Source of the DNA: Candidatus Marinacidobacterales bacterium
Lineage (GTDB): Bacteria > Acidobacteriota > Vicinamibacteria > Marinacidobacterales > SMYC01
Length of the DNA: 64,000 nucleotides
Direction of reading: 5' to 3'
NCBI GenBank assembly: GCA_965224085.1
Contig: CBDCYI010000011.1
Coordinates: forward strand, 32,001-96,000
The notes beneath the pieces are model-generated. The model saw only the letters and a program-made list of their open reading frames with translations, had not been told where the DNA came from and ran no database searches. Below are positions 12,928 through 22,851 of this stretch, in pieces. The position numbers and the translations under genes were made by a program. Numbering within the stretch: position 1 is the first letter of the stretch; every line of letters begins with the position of its first letter.

Positions 12928-13341
12928 TTACGGATAAGTCGCGATCACGTCGATACTGATCCCGCCGCGTGGCGTGAAGCGTCCCGTGACTGTGGCTCGG
13001 CGCGGCGCGCAAGCCTCGACCATATCGTCGAGGATTAAGTTGACGATGGCTTCGCCGAAGCTTCCGTGGTTCCTAAACGAAAACAAATAGAGCTTCAAAG
13101 ACTTGCTCTCGATGCAGCGCTCGTTCGGCACGTATTCGATCGTGATGTGGCCGAAATCCGGCTGAGAGGTGATGGGGCACACGGAGGTGAACTCGGGGCA
13201 GTCGAAACGTATGACGTAGTCACGCTCCGGGTAGGCATTTTCGAAAGTCTCGAGCTTGGCTTCATCGGGTGAGGTTGGGTAGGCGCGATCGCTGCTTCCG
13301 AGAAGCGTCAAGCCTTCGTAGACTTTCTTTTCGTCGTTCAT
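12928..13341 (-). CDS. queF: NADPH-dependent preQ0 reductase (type I)
   Basis: EFTSVCPITSQPDF, ESKSLKLY, FTPRGGI. Confidence 0.95.
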   Translation of the reverse strand: MNDEKKVYEGLTLLGSSDRAYPTSPDEAKLETFENAYPERDYVIRFDCPEFTSVCPITSQPDFGHITIEYVPNERCIESKSLKLYLFSFRNHGSFGEAIVNLILDDMVEACAPRRATVTGRFTPRGGISIDVIATYP

Positions 13342-13457
13342 CGAGCCCGATCCTACCATGTCACATAACGTTGACAAGGGGGAGGTGCTCCTATATTCTC
13401 ACTCTTCCTTCGCTGGATGGTCCCAGTCCGATTTTCACAATTCATTACGGAGACGGC

Positions 13458-14984
13458 ATGAGCGTCCATTTGATAAACCCAAGCGACACTTCTTTTGGTA
13501 TCGGCATCATCGTTCCTCGCTGGCTCTACGTGATCGCGTCGGCGACACCGGGCGGTTTCGGAACGCCGAATATCGTAGATGAGACGCTCGATCCGATGGA
13601 CTATTCCAAGATCCAGCCAGGCGACATCGTGGGCATCGGTATCCACACGTTGAATGCGCTACGAGGCTACGAGGTCGGGCGAAAAGCGCGCGAGCGTGGT
13701 GCCTATGTTGTGTTCGGCGGCTCGCATGTGACGCTCTACCCGGAAGAAGCGTTCGAGCATGGCGGCGCGACCGCGGTCGTGAAGGGCGACGGTGACAAAA
13801 TCTGGAGTCAGGTGCTCGATGATATCGATAGGGGTGAGCCGGGACGGATCTACGACGGCGGCCGCATAGAAGGGGACTCCTTCCTCCCGGCGCGTTGGGA
13901 TTTGATGCCATCGGAGAGCTACATGATCGCCTCGGTGCAGACGGTGCGCGGTTGTCCGAAACACTGCTCCTTTTGCTCGGTATGGCGCACTGACGGGCAA
14001 AGGCCGCGGCAGCGCGCCTCGGACGTCGTTGTCCAAGAGGTCGTCGAGCTGCGAAGGAAAGGATTTCGTTTCATACTTCTCGCCGACGACAACTTCTACC
14101 CCGTCACGCAGCATGACGTCGAGCTCGAGGAGCGCCGGAACGGCGCGCGTGTGGAAGAGCTGAAAGCTATCCGCGCGGAGCGTTTCGAGCTCTTGAATCG
14201 CCTCGCGGAGCTTCCGCACGACATGGTCTTTTTAACGCAGATTACGATGGAAGCCGCGGACGATGAGGAATATCTCGATGCGATGAAACGTGCGCACGTG
14301 AAAGGGGCGCTCGTCGGTGTCGAGTCGGTGACGGAAGAAGGTCTGAAGGCTGTATTCAAGGATTTCAACGTCGCGGGAGACGCTCTCGTCGACCGGCTCC
14401 GCAAGTTTGTCGACCACGACGTCCACATCCTCGGCTCTTTCATCTTTGGGCTTTCGACGGATCGCGACGACACGTTCGACGCGACCGCCGACCTCGCTGC
14501 CCAGGCAGGGCTCGATTTCGCTCAGTTCTTGACTTTGACCCCGTTTCCAGGAACGGTCGACTTCAAGAAATGGGAGGACGAGATCGATCAGTCCAAAGAG
14601 ACTGTAGACGGGATCCCGCTGAACCGGTTCTGGCTCATTCCGCGGAGCAAACGCCCCAAGCTCTACCTCCCGCATCCAACAATGTCGCCGTACGAGATGC
14701 GGATGAAAACGAAGGCAGTCTGGAACAAGTTCTATAGCCTGCCGAATGTGTGGAAGCGCTCTCGGGTCACCAACAAGCTGCGCGACCGGCTGGCCTATGT
14801 TTTGATTTCGTTACTTTTCCCCCAGATGTACGCGAACACGGGGCTCGCCACCGATAGCGCTCGCGCCCGAGCGCGCCAGTGGGCGAAGTTGATCGCGAAA
14901 CCGTGCCGCCGGGTCTTCACCGCAAAACCGATGCCCGATCTGCAGGTCCCGGCGGTCAAGCCGCCGCGGCCTCAATACGTCTGA
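13458..14984 (+). CDS. B12-binding-domain radical SAM protein
   Basis: N-terminal cobalamin-binding-like region (VFGGSH, GDGD); RGCPKHCSFC; DDNF; GVES; TPFPGT. Confidence 0.9.
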   Translation: MSVHLINPSDTSFGIGIIVPRWLYVIASATPGGFGTPNIVDETLDPMDYSKIQPGDIVGIGIHTLNALRGYEVGRKARERGAYVVFGGSHVTLYPEEAFEHGGATAVVKGDGDKIWSQVLDDIDRGEPGRIYDGGRIEGDSFLPARWDLMPSESYMIASVQTVRGCPKHCSFCSVWRTDGQRPRQRASDVVVQEVVELRRKGFRFILLADDNFYPVTQHDVELEERRNGARVEELKAIRAERFELLNRLAELPHDMVFLTQITMEAADDEEYLDAMKRAHVKGALVGVESVTEEGLKAVFKDFNVAGDALVDRLRKFVDHDVHILGSFIFGLSTDRDDTFDATADLAAQAGLDFAQFLTLTPFPGTVDFKKWEDEIDQSKETVDGIPLNRFWLIPRSKRPKLYLPHPTMSPYEMRMKTKAVWNKFYSLPNVWKRSRVTNKLRDRLAYVLISLLFPQMYANTGLATDSARARARQWAKLIAKPCRRVFTAKPMPDLQVPAVKPPRPQYV

Positions 14985-15081
14985 TTCGATCTCCTAGGCC
15001 GCCGAATTACGACTCGGGGTGTCGGTGGTAGACCTTGTCTGTAATCGTCCAGCCGTCGGCGAGCTTCATCAGCGACAAGTA

Positions 15082-15980
15082 GAGTCCAACGTGACGATCC
15101 TGCCGTCCGGGGTCGCGATGGGCAGCTCACCGAGACGGTGCGTGCGGTGGGTGTCGGCGTCGGGGTCATTAAGGTCCGACATGACCCGGATGTCGATTTC
15201 TCGGCCGTTCAGCTGGTAGTCGCTCGCTTTCGCGCCGTCGATGAGTGCACTGACGGCAAAGCCGCGCTCGCGGTTCGACAGCCCGAGCTCTGCCGCGCGG
15301 CGGCGGTGGGTGACGACCCCGATTTCAGGATTGTCGAGCGTGAGCCCAGGGATCGGACGGCCTTGCGAACCGGGCAGCTCTTGCCGGACTTAGCCGAAAA
15401 TCTCCTGGCCGAGCGTCATCAGCTTGGAAAGCTCGGGCCCTACAATATTGATATCGATGTTCCGGCCCTCGTCGAAGCCGCGCTGAAAGATGCTGCTCTG
15501 GTTGACGATGACGAAGGTCCCTGGAATCTCCGCGCCCACGGCCATGATCGGCGGGATGAGCTCCCGCACCCGAAGCGGGTCGCGCGCGTTGACGCCGATG
15601 AACGCTTCGTTCGGGAGCGCGACGAACCAGAACCCGCGCATGCCGCCGCCCGGTTGCGCCTCTGCTTCGGCGGAGCCGGGCTCGGACCCCCACAGAGGCC
15701 GCAAGGCGTCTTCGTAATAACTTTGAGCCGGGCGGCGGGATCATGACGCCGAACAAGAAATTGTTGTTCCCGACGGGCAGATATTTGGTCTTCGGCATCA
15801 AAAGCCAGCTTCCGCCCACGGCGATGACGGTGAAGATGGCGGATCGTGTTGAGCGCGATGACTTGCTCGCCGGTGCGAAAGACTTTGGCTCCGGGTTTGC
15901 GGTAGCCGAGCTCGGCGCGGCCGACATCGCGCAGATAAATGGGGACGCCGTCGCGAACGGCGATGACGATGTCCTCCACT
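15082..15980 (-). pseudogene. Degraded AcrB/AcrD/AcrF RND permease: several non-contiguous pieces, frameshifts and an internal stop
   Basis: Fragments DIVIAVRDGVPIYLRDV, MPKTKYLP.GN.N, RNIDINIVGPEL, GAKASDY..GREID and LPIATPDGRIVTL lie in different frames with large internal deletions. Confidence 0.75.
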
Positions 15981-16077
15981 TCTTCGGGTGAGATATTCGA
16001 ATAGCTTATGGAACTCAGATGTAGAATGCACCGACGGAATGGGACCTATTAGTAGGTCAGTTTCAGTGACCTGAAGC

Positions 16078-16112
16078 AAAAAAAAATGGGATGGCCAATG
16101 CCATCCCATTTT
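16078..16112 (-). terminator. Intrinsic terminator of the KamA-like gene
   Basis: AAAATGGGATGGC-CAAT-GCCATCCCATTTT stem with a T9 run on the minus strand, ~15 bp after the stop. Confidence 0.85.
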
Positions 16113-16127
16113 AGCAACCAGTTGATT

Positions 16128-17501
16128 CTAAATGCTTTGTTCTGTTAGCGCCTCCTGGAGCCTGCGAAACTCGGACTCGAAGAAGAACTCCCTCTTGCCA
16201 AAGGCGGGCTCCAGGTCGTCGAGCCAGCTCGCTTCAGGATCGTAGCTGGCGAAGAACGGACGCCCCACCCAATCGGGGTTCCGACCTTGAAGTAGCTTGA
16301 GGACGAATACCTTTTCGCCTCCGATCTCGGTCACGCCGTCCACAACGACCTTGCCGGGTGACGCCGACATCGAAGGTCCTCGGACCGTGCGCGCGAGTCC
16401 GGAAATTCGCCGGTAGGCCTCGGTGTAGACGCGAAGGGCTTTGGCGAGCGGGATGGCGAAGTAGTTCTGCGCGCCCGTGTCCCGCTCCACGAACATGTAG
16501 TACGGAACGGCGCCGAGCTTGACTTGTTCGGTCCACATCCGCGCCCACACGTCGGCGTTGTCATTCACGTGGGAGATGATGGGCGCTTGGCAGCGGATGA
16601 CCGCCCCAGTCGAGCGCACGCGACGGATCGCCTCCTGTGCGACGTAGGTCTCGAACTCCCGAGGATGCGAGCAATGAGCCATGAGCGCGAGGTTCGTGCC
16701 GGCTTCGCTTACCTCTTCAAACAGGCGCAGCAGATCGTCAGCGTCGTCATCAGTGACGAATTTATAGGGCCAATAGGCGAGGGCTTTGCTGCCGATGCGG
16801 ATGCTCTCCAAGTGCTCGAGCGAGGGGTCGAGCAATGGCTCGATATAGCGACGGAGCACCTTCGACTTCATCACAAGCGGGTCGCCGCCCGTAAAGAGGA
16901 TGCTGCGTACTTCTTTGTGCTGGCGCACATATTCGACGAGCTTGTCGGCCTGCTGTGCCGCGAATTTGAGCTCGTTGATGCCGACGAACTGGGCCCATCG
17001 GAAGCAATAGGTGCAATAGGCGTGGCACGTCTGGCCGGCGGCGGGGAAAAAGAGCACCGTCTCCCGGTATTTATGCTGCATGCCGTCAAGCGCCTGATGG
17101 TCCATTTTCGGGACGTTCAGCTCCATTTGTCCGGCTGGATGCGGGTTCAGCGCGTGCTGAATCGTTCGAGCCGCGTTCCTGATGTCTTCCGCGGTCGCGT
17201 CTTGCTGCACGAGGGCGCGCATGTGCGCGAAATCCCCGTCCTTCAGCATGCCGGGCTGGGGAAACGTCAACTGGTAAATCGGGTCATCGGGGATGTTGTT
17301 CCAGTCGATGAGATCCTGGATGACGTAATTGTTCACGCGGAATGGCAACACGGCGGAAACCGCCTTCATGTCCAGACGCTGCTCTTTGGAAAGGATCCGA
17401 AGCTCCGGGATGTCGTCGATGTCCTTTCGTATGTAGACTTTGAACCCTACCCGGGTGGTCTCGTCTTCGAAGACCTCGAGATCGGTGGAAACTACCGCCA
17501 T
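16128..17501 (-). CDS. KamA-family radical SAM aminomutase-like protein
   Basis: HKYRETVLFF, CHAYCTYCFRW, TGGDP, IRIGSK, HPRE, PYYMF, GPSMS. Confidence 0.9.
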   Translation of the reverse strand: MAVVSTDLEVFEDETTRVGFKVYIRKDIDDIPELRILSKEQRLDMKAVSAVLPFRVNNYVIQDLIDWNNIPDDPIYQLTFPQPGMLKDGDFAHMRALVQQDATAEDIRNAARTIQHALNPHPAGQMELNVPKMDHQALDGMQHKYRETVLFFPAAGQTCHAYCTYCFRWAQFVGINELKFAAQQADKLVEYVRQHKEVRSILFTGGDPLVMKSKVLRRYIEPLLDPSLEHLESIRIGSKALAYWPYKFVTDDDADDLLRLFEEVSEAGTNLALMAHCSHPREFETYVAQEAIRRVRSTGAVIRCQAPIISHVNDNADVWARMWTEQVKLGAVPYYMFVERDTGAQNYFAIPLAKALRVYTEAYRRISGLARTVRGPSMSASPGKVVVDGVTEIGGEKVFVLKLLQGRNPDWVGRPFFASYDPEASWLDDLEPAFGKREFFFESEFRRLQEALTEQSI

Positions 17502-17731
17502 TCACACCTCCTGTCATTCGCCTGCGCCCCGCTCACTTGGGCTCCCCGGCCCAAATTAAGCTCGACCCACGGGCGCCGTTTGTCGTACCGTGTTGCTCCC
17601 CGCAAAGTTGAGGCTCAGCGAGCTTCTTCGGGAGCCAAATGCTTCGGGGGGCGCCTACCGTGGTTCGGGCGAACTATATCAGAGTTCCGGCACGGTTGTC
17701 AACTTCTGATCATTGTCTATATGACTTAAGC

Positions 17732-17887
17732 ATGACGGATAGACGAAATATTGAGCTGAAAGACTTGGAACCTATTGATAAAAAGAAGCTTCTAGACCGC
17801 TTGGAAGCTTTTCAAAACGGCCTTCCAGACCTCAAGAGAGCCGCTGCGGGAGAAGAACCACTGTTCTGTTTGGAGAACGAGCCGTGA
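17732..17887 (+). CDS. Small protein coupled to the amidase (GatC/AtzG-like accessory subunit candidate)
   Basis: 51-aa ORF whose TGA overlaps the amidase GTG (GTGA); ends EEPLF. Confidence 0.5.
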   Translation: MTDRRNIELKDLEPIDKKKLLDRLEAFQNGLPDLKRAAAGEEPLFCLENEP

Positions 17888-19236
17888 GCAGGGCCGAGAC
17901 CCTCGTTTCCGTCCGCGACCGCCTCAACCGTCGGGAGTCGAGCTCCGAAGAGCTCGTTCGCGCTCAAATCGACCGGGCCGAGAAGCTCGATGCCCTGAAC
18001 GCGTTCATCACGCTCCTCCCCGAACGCGCGATTGAGGCAGCCCGCCGGTCGGATAGGGAGCGGGCCCGCGGTGAGCTTCGCGGGCCTATTCACGGCATCC
18101 CGATCACCGTAAAGGATTTGGTCCATTCAAAAGGGGTTCGGACCACGTCGGGCTCGAAAATCTTCGCCGAGCTCGTTCCTGACGAGGACGCGCCCTGTCT
18201 CGCCTCGCTCCTCGGGGCCGGCGCCGTGTTGTTGGGGAAAACCAACATGCACGAGCTCGCCTATGGGGTTACGAATGTGAACCCCCACTACGGGGCGGCG
18301 CGGAACCCGTGGGACACCGAGCGAATCTGCGGCGGCTCGAGCGGCGGCTCGGCGGTGTCCTTGGCAGCGGGCGTCGGCTTCGGCTCGATAGGCACCGATA
18401 CTGGAGGCTCGATCCGCATTCCATCGTCGCTTTGCGGCACGGTCGGACTCAAACCTACCTACGGTCAGGTGAGTCGCGAAGGGGTAACCCCGCTTTCGTG
18501 GAGCCTCGACCATGTCGGGCCGATGGCGCGCACCGTTGACGACGTGGCCCTACTCTACGAAGTGCTCACCGGGCGGCCCTTGCAGGAGCTTGAGGACGCT
18601 ACGAGCGCGGGGCCGCTCAAGCTCGGGATTCATGAGCGCTATTTCTTCGATAACCTATCCCCGGACGTCGAAGCTTCTGTGCGCGTGGCCATTGCGGAGC
18701 TCGAGCGTCTCGGCATGAAGCTCGTCGAAGTGGATATACCGGAGATCGAGCTCCAGACGACGTGTCGGAACACGATTGCGTTCTCGGAGGCGTCGTCCTT
18801 CCACGAAGACAACGTTCGCGCGCGTCCGGAGGATTACGGCGCGGACACCCTCGAGCTCCTACGGCTTGGCCTTCTGATCTCGGCGACGGACTACCTCGCC
18901 GCGACGCGAGCGCGGCGTCGCATCGTACGCGCTTTCCGGAAGGCCTTTCAGAAGATCGACATGTTCGTGACGCCCGCAACAGTTGCGGCAGCGCCCCGCA
19001 TCGGCGACACGACGCTCGATAACGGCGAAGAGCTCCGAAGCGGTCTGCTTCGTCTTTCGAGCCCCTTCAACACAACGGGCTTTCCCGCGGTGTCGCTGCC
19101 CTGTGGCTTCACGGAGGACGGCCGCCCGATGGGTCTTCAGCTTGCAGCAGCCCCGAACGATGAGAAGCGGCTTCTCGAGCTGGCGCGCGTTTACGAACGG
19201 AGTCAGGACTGGTCGCAGCGCGCCCCAGTGATATAG
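17884..19236 (+). CDS. Amidase-signature family enzyme (GatA/AtzE-like)
   Basis: GIPITVKD (Lys), GKTNMHE, GGSSGGSA, GTDTGGSIRIP. Confidence 0.93.
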   Translation: MSRAETLVSVRDRLNRRESSSEELVRAQIDRAEKLDALNAFITLLPERAIEAARRSDRERARGELRGPIHGIPITVKDLVHSKGVRTTSGSKIFAELVPDEDAPCLASLLGAGAVLLGKTNMHELAYGVTNVNPHYGAARNPWDTERICGGSSGGSAVSLAAGVGFGSIGTDTGGSIRIPSSLCGTVGLKPTYGQVSREGVTPLSWSLDHVGPMARTVDDVALLYEVLTGRPLQELEDATSAGPLKLGIHERYFFDNLSPDVEASVRVAIAELERLGMKLVEVDIPEIELQTTCRNTIAFSEASSFHEDNVRARPEDYGADTLELLRLGLLISATDYLAATRARRRIVRAFRKAFQKIDMFVTPATVAAAPRIGDTTLDNGEELRSGLLRLSSPFNTTGFPAVSLPCGFTEDGRPMGLQLAAAPNDEKRLLELARVYERSQDWSQRAPVI

Positions 19237-19255
19237 TTCGCCGCCGGAGGTCTGG

Positions 19256-20035
19256 ATGTTATTGGAAGGGAAGCGTGGTCTCATCGTCGGCATCGCCAAC
19301 AAGCGCTCGATCGCCTGGGGCATTGCGCAGTCGGTGGCGCGCGAAGGGGCGCGTCTCGCGGTCACCTATCAGGGAGAGCGTCTCGAATCGCGTGTGCGCA
19401 CGCTCGCGGACGAGCTCACCGATCCGGTTATTTTGCCGCTCGATGTGACCAACGACGATGAGATGGACGCTGCCGCTAAGACCATTCAATCGCAGATGGG
19501 TGGGCTCGATTTCTTGGTTCACGCGGTTGCTTTCGCGCTCCGGGAGGAGCTCGATGGCGAGTTCGTCGACACGTCTCGCGAAGGTTTCCGCATCGCCCAC
19601 GATATCTCTGTTTTTTCGTTAACCGCCTTGACCAAACGTGCCGTACCGCTGATGGGAGAGGGCGGCAGCATCATCACGCTGAGTTATTTGGGCGGGGAGC
19701 GCGTCGTGCCAAACTACAACGTCATGGGCGTTGCGAAGGCCGCACTCGAAATGTCCGTGCGCTATTTAGCGGTCGACCTCGGACCGAAGGCGATTCGCGT
19801 CAATGCGATCTCCGCAGGTCCGATCAAGACCTTGGCGTCATCGGGGGTGCACGGGATCTCGAAGATGCTCGCATTCCACCGGAGCCATGCGCCCTTGAGG
19901 CGCAACACCGAGCAAGCGGAAGTCGGCGATACGGCGGCGTTTTTGGCCTCGGATCTCTCTCGCGGCATCACTGGCGAAGTGATCTATGTGGACGGCGGCT
20001 ACAACGTGCTCGGTACCGTCTTTCCACCGTCATGA
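19256..20035 (+). CDS. fabI: Enoyl-ACP reductase
   Basis: GIANKRSIAWGIA, YNVMGVAKAALE, NAISAGPIKT. Confidence 0.95.
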   Translation: MLLEGKRGLIVGIANKRSIAWGIAQSVAREGARLAVTYQGERLESRVRTLADELTDPVILPLDVTNDDEMDAAAKTIQSQMGGLDFLVHAVAFALREELDGEFVDTSREGFRIAHDISVFSLTALTKRAVPLMGEGGSIITLSYLGGERVVPNYNVMGVAKAALEMSVRYLAVDLGPKAIRVNAISAGPIKTLASSGVHGISKMLAFHRSHAPLRRNTEQAEVGDTAAFLASDLSRGITGEVIYVDGGYNVLGTVFPPS

Positions 20036-20230
20036 GATTCGTCGTCACCGACGACATCTTCGCGACCTTTCCCGATGTGCGCATCGGGGTTCTCGTAGCG
20101 CGCGGGATAAAAACCCCGCCTAGCTTCGATTTGAGCGACGCGCTCGCGGCGGCCCAAGAGAGGGTGCGGACGTCGCTCGCGGGCACGAACGTCACCGACC
20201 ACCCTCGGATCCACTCTTGGCGGGAGGCTT
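20032..20230 (+). pseudogene. 5' fragment of a B3/B4 (PheRS-beta editing-like) domain protein fused to unrelated sequence
   Basis: F.V...IF..FPD.RIG..V start and HPRI.SWREA motif, then abrupt loss of similarity. Confidence 0.6.
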
Positions 20231-20644
20231 GTGGACGAGGCCATACTCGACCATTTCCGCCGCGCGACCTCTCTAACAATCTAAACAATCTACGCCTCTC
20301 GAAACAAGTGCTCCGTAGAGCCGAGAAAGAAGCGGGTCTCGCGCACCACAAGCGCGACTCAAAGAGCATTCTCTAGTCCACGTCGCCACAACCCGGCAGC
20401 CGGATGGTCTCGCGTTCGATGCCGTTACGGCACCTTATTGTATTCCGTCCATGCAAGCGCTTGTTGGCAGGAAACCCCTCGTCGCGTAGGCGATTCACTA
20501 CGTCGGAACCCTCAAGTGCGGGCGCGAACGCGTGCGGACCAGGTTGCAAGGGTCGTAACTACCTTGCGCGCAAGGAGATTGGGCCACAGACACGAGACCT
20601 GGGCGCCGGAACGGATCTTGCTTTGCTCTCGAGGGGACCAATTG

Positions 20645-21547
20645 ATGAGTGCGGCAGACAAGGACACCCTAGTCGGGAAGCGTTTGCGTGAATACGTTAT
20701 TCTCGAGCTGATCGGCAGGGGCGGGATGGCGAAAGTCTATAAGGCGCGCCACGCTCTCCTCGACGAAATCCGCGCGATCAAATTCCTTCGGCCGGAGCTC
20801 TGCGAACATAAAGAGAGCGTCGCGCGCTTCCACCGCGAAGCTCGAGTCATGGTGCGGGTAAAGAACCGGCACGTGGTGACGCTCTACGAGTTCGGAACGG
20901 TGGGCAGCGAGCTCTTCTTCCTCGTGATGGAGTTTCTGCGGGGGGAAAGTCTCCGAAAGCGCCTCCGGAGCAAGAGCTGGGTCCCGACCGCCGAAGCGGT
21001 GCGCATCGTGAAGCAAGTTGCGCTCGGTCTTGTCGACGCGCACAAGCTCGGGATCGTCCATCGGGACATTTCGCCCGACAACATCCTCATCGTTCCGGAA
21101 GAAGGCGGGGAGATCGTGAAGGTCATCGATTTCGGCATCGCGAAGAGCATGGCGCCCGGAAGCGCCAAGATCACCCAAGCGATGAAGTTGGTGGGCAAAG
21201 CGGAATATGTCGCACCCGAGCAGATCTACGCCCCCACAGGCGACGATGACCGCGCCGTGGATGGTCGTACCGATATCTACTCACTCGGCGTGACTTTCTA
21301 CGAGCTGCTCGTCGGTGTGAAACCGTTCGAAGCGTCGAACTCCAAAGCGCTGCTCGCGAAACACCTCACCGAGGAGCCGAAGAGTTTTTCGGAGGCAAAC
21401 CCTCTCGTCCGTGTCCCGCCCGCCATCGAGAGCCTCGTCTTGCGCATGCTCGCAAAGAGTCCATCGGATCGACCCGCCTCTATGGAGCGGTTGTACATGG
21501 AACTCGCGGCGCTCGCGCATGACGCGCCGATGTTGACGCCGGTTTAG
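20645..21547 (+). CDS. Hanks-type Ser/Thr protein kinase (kinase domain only)
   Basis: IGRGGMAKVY, AIK, HRDISPDN, DFGIA, YVAPEQ, DIYSLG. Confidence 0.95.
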   Translation: MSAADKDTLVGKRLREYVILELIGRGGMAKVYKARHALLDEIRAIKFLRPELCEHKESVARFHREARVMVRVKNRHVVTLYEFGTVGSELFFLVMEFLRGESLRKRLRSKSWVPTAEAVRIVKQVALGLVDAHKLGIVHRDISPDNILIVPEEGGEIVKVIDFGIAKSMAPGSAKITQAMKLVGKAEYVAPEQIYAPTGDDDRAVDGRTDIYSLGVTFYELLVGVKPFEASNSKALLAKHLTEEPKSFSEANPLVRVPPAIESLVLRMLAKSPSDRPASMERLYMELAALAHDAPMLTPV

Positions 21548-21580
21548 AGGGTCCCGACGAACCTTGGCAAGGTCGGACGC

Positions 21581-22783
21581 GTGGGGCGAGGCTCTGATAA
21601 CATCGCGTCCGTGCCGACCAGCTTTTCGCGATCGCTCCGCTCTCTCGAAGCCGACCGCTTCGGCGGGAGCCTAATCGGGGTTGCAGTGGGACTTTCGCTC
21701 CTCGCGGCGTGGCTCACGTGGTTCGTGTTCGCTCGCGTCGCGCTCTACGAAGTTTCCGATGTCGCTCGGCTCGAAGTCGATGTCGAGCCGCACGAGGTGA
21801 TGAGCCTCATATCCGGGCGCGTTATCCGCAACGAAATGGTGCTCGGGCGAGAGTTCGAAAAAGGGGAGCTTCTCGTAGCGCTCGATGCGATCGAGACGCA
21901 ATACGAGCTCAAAGAAACGGCCGCCGAAGCTCGCGGGGGAGCGGATCAGCTGGAGCGTCTCCGTCTCGAGATATCCGCGCAACGTCAAGCGCTCGATTCG
22001 TCCGAGCGCGCCTCCCGCTCGGCGCTCGCGGAAGCCCGGGCGCGTCACCAGGAGGCGCTCGAGTCCGCCGAGTTTGCCGCGCAATCCGCAACGCGCCAAG
22101 CGAGACTCCACGAAGAAGGCTTGCTCGCCGAAGCCGAGGCCGATGCGGCCGCCACGGCTCACCTGCAGCGCGTGAAGGCCGCGCAAGCACTCGAGAGCTC
22201 CGTCGAGCGGATGGACCGCGAGTGGCAGGTCGGACTCGCCGAAAAGCGCGCGGAGCTCGAGAGCCTCGAGCGCGAGCTCTCTCGACTCGAGTCGACGGTA
22301 GAGAGCCTCGATGCCGTTTCCGACCGTCTCGAGCACGGCCTGTCGTTGCATCAGCTGCGCGCTCCGGTGGCCGGTCGCATTGGTGACCTCGTGACCCTCA
22401 AAGTTTCCGAGGTGGTCTCGGCGGGACAACACCTGGGCACGATCATTCCATTTGGCGACGTTCACGTCGTCGCCGAGTTCGCTCCTCACCGTGCGCTCGG
22501 ACGTATTCGATCGGGTCAGCGCGCGAAGCTGCGTCTCGAGGGGTTTTCGTGGGTCCAGTATGGCGCCGTGCCGGCGACGGTGAGCCGCGTCGGTAGCGAG
22601 CCGAGCGGCGGCACCATCCGGGTCGAGTTCAGACTCGATGATCCCGATGCGTTTCCCGTCGATCTCGGTCACGGCCTGCCGGGTATCCTCGAAGTTGAGG
22701 TCGAGCGAATCTCGCCGGTCGCGCTCGTTCTCCGAGCTGCCGGCAATACGCTGTCGAGCCCCGTTCTGCCGGGTGTGCGATGA
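21581..22783 (+). CDS. HlyD-family membrane fusion protein
   Basis: N-terminal TM, lipoyl half-motifs, long coiled coil, LRAPVAGRI, GQRAKLRLEGF. Confidence 0.85.
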   Translation: MGRGSDNIASVPTSFSRSLRSLEADRFGGSLIGVAVGLSLLAAWLTWFVFARVALYEVSDVARLEVDVEPHEVMSLISGRVIRNEMVLGREFEKGELLVALDAIETQYELKETAAEARGGADQLERLRLEISAQRQALDSSERASRSALAEARARHQEALESAEFAAQSATRQARLHEEGLLAEAEADAAATAHLQRVKAAQALESSVERMDREWQVGLAEKRAELESLERELSRLESTVESLDAVSDRLEHGLSLHQLRAPVAGRIGDLVTLKVSEVVSAGQHLGTIIPFGDVHVVAEFAPHRALGRIRSGQRAKLRLEGFSWVQYGAVPATVSRVGSEPSGGTIRVEFRLDDPDAFPVDLGHGLPGILEVEVERISPVALVLRAAGNTLSSPVLPGVR

Positions 22784-22851
22784 CGGGTGACGGCCTGTTT
22801 CGCGAATCGCATGATTCAGGATCTATATGAGACAGCTCGTCGAACAGGTAT

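Noticed and set aside
13342-13457. preQ1 riboswitch upstream of queF
   Set aside because: No class I stem-loop with an A-rich tail is visible.
20230-20376. Possible tyrosine-integrase remnant (LRRAEKEAGL.H)
   Set aside because: Too short and lacking catalytic motifs.
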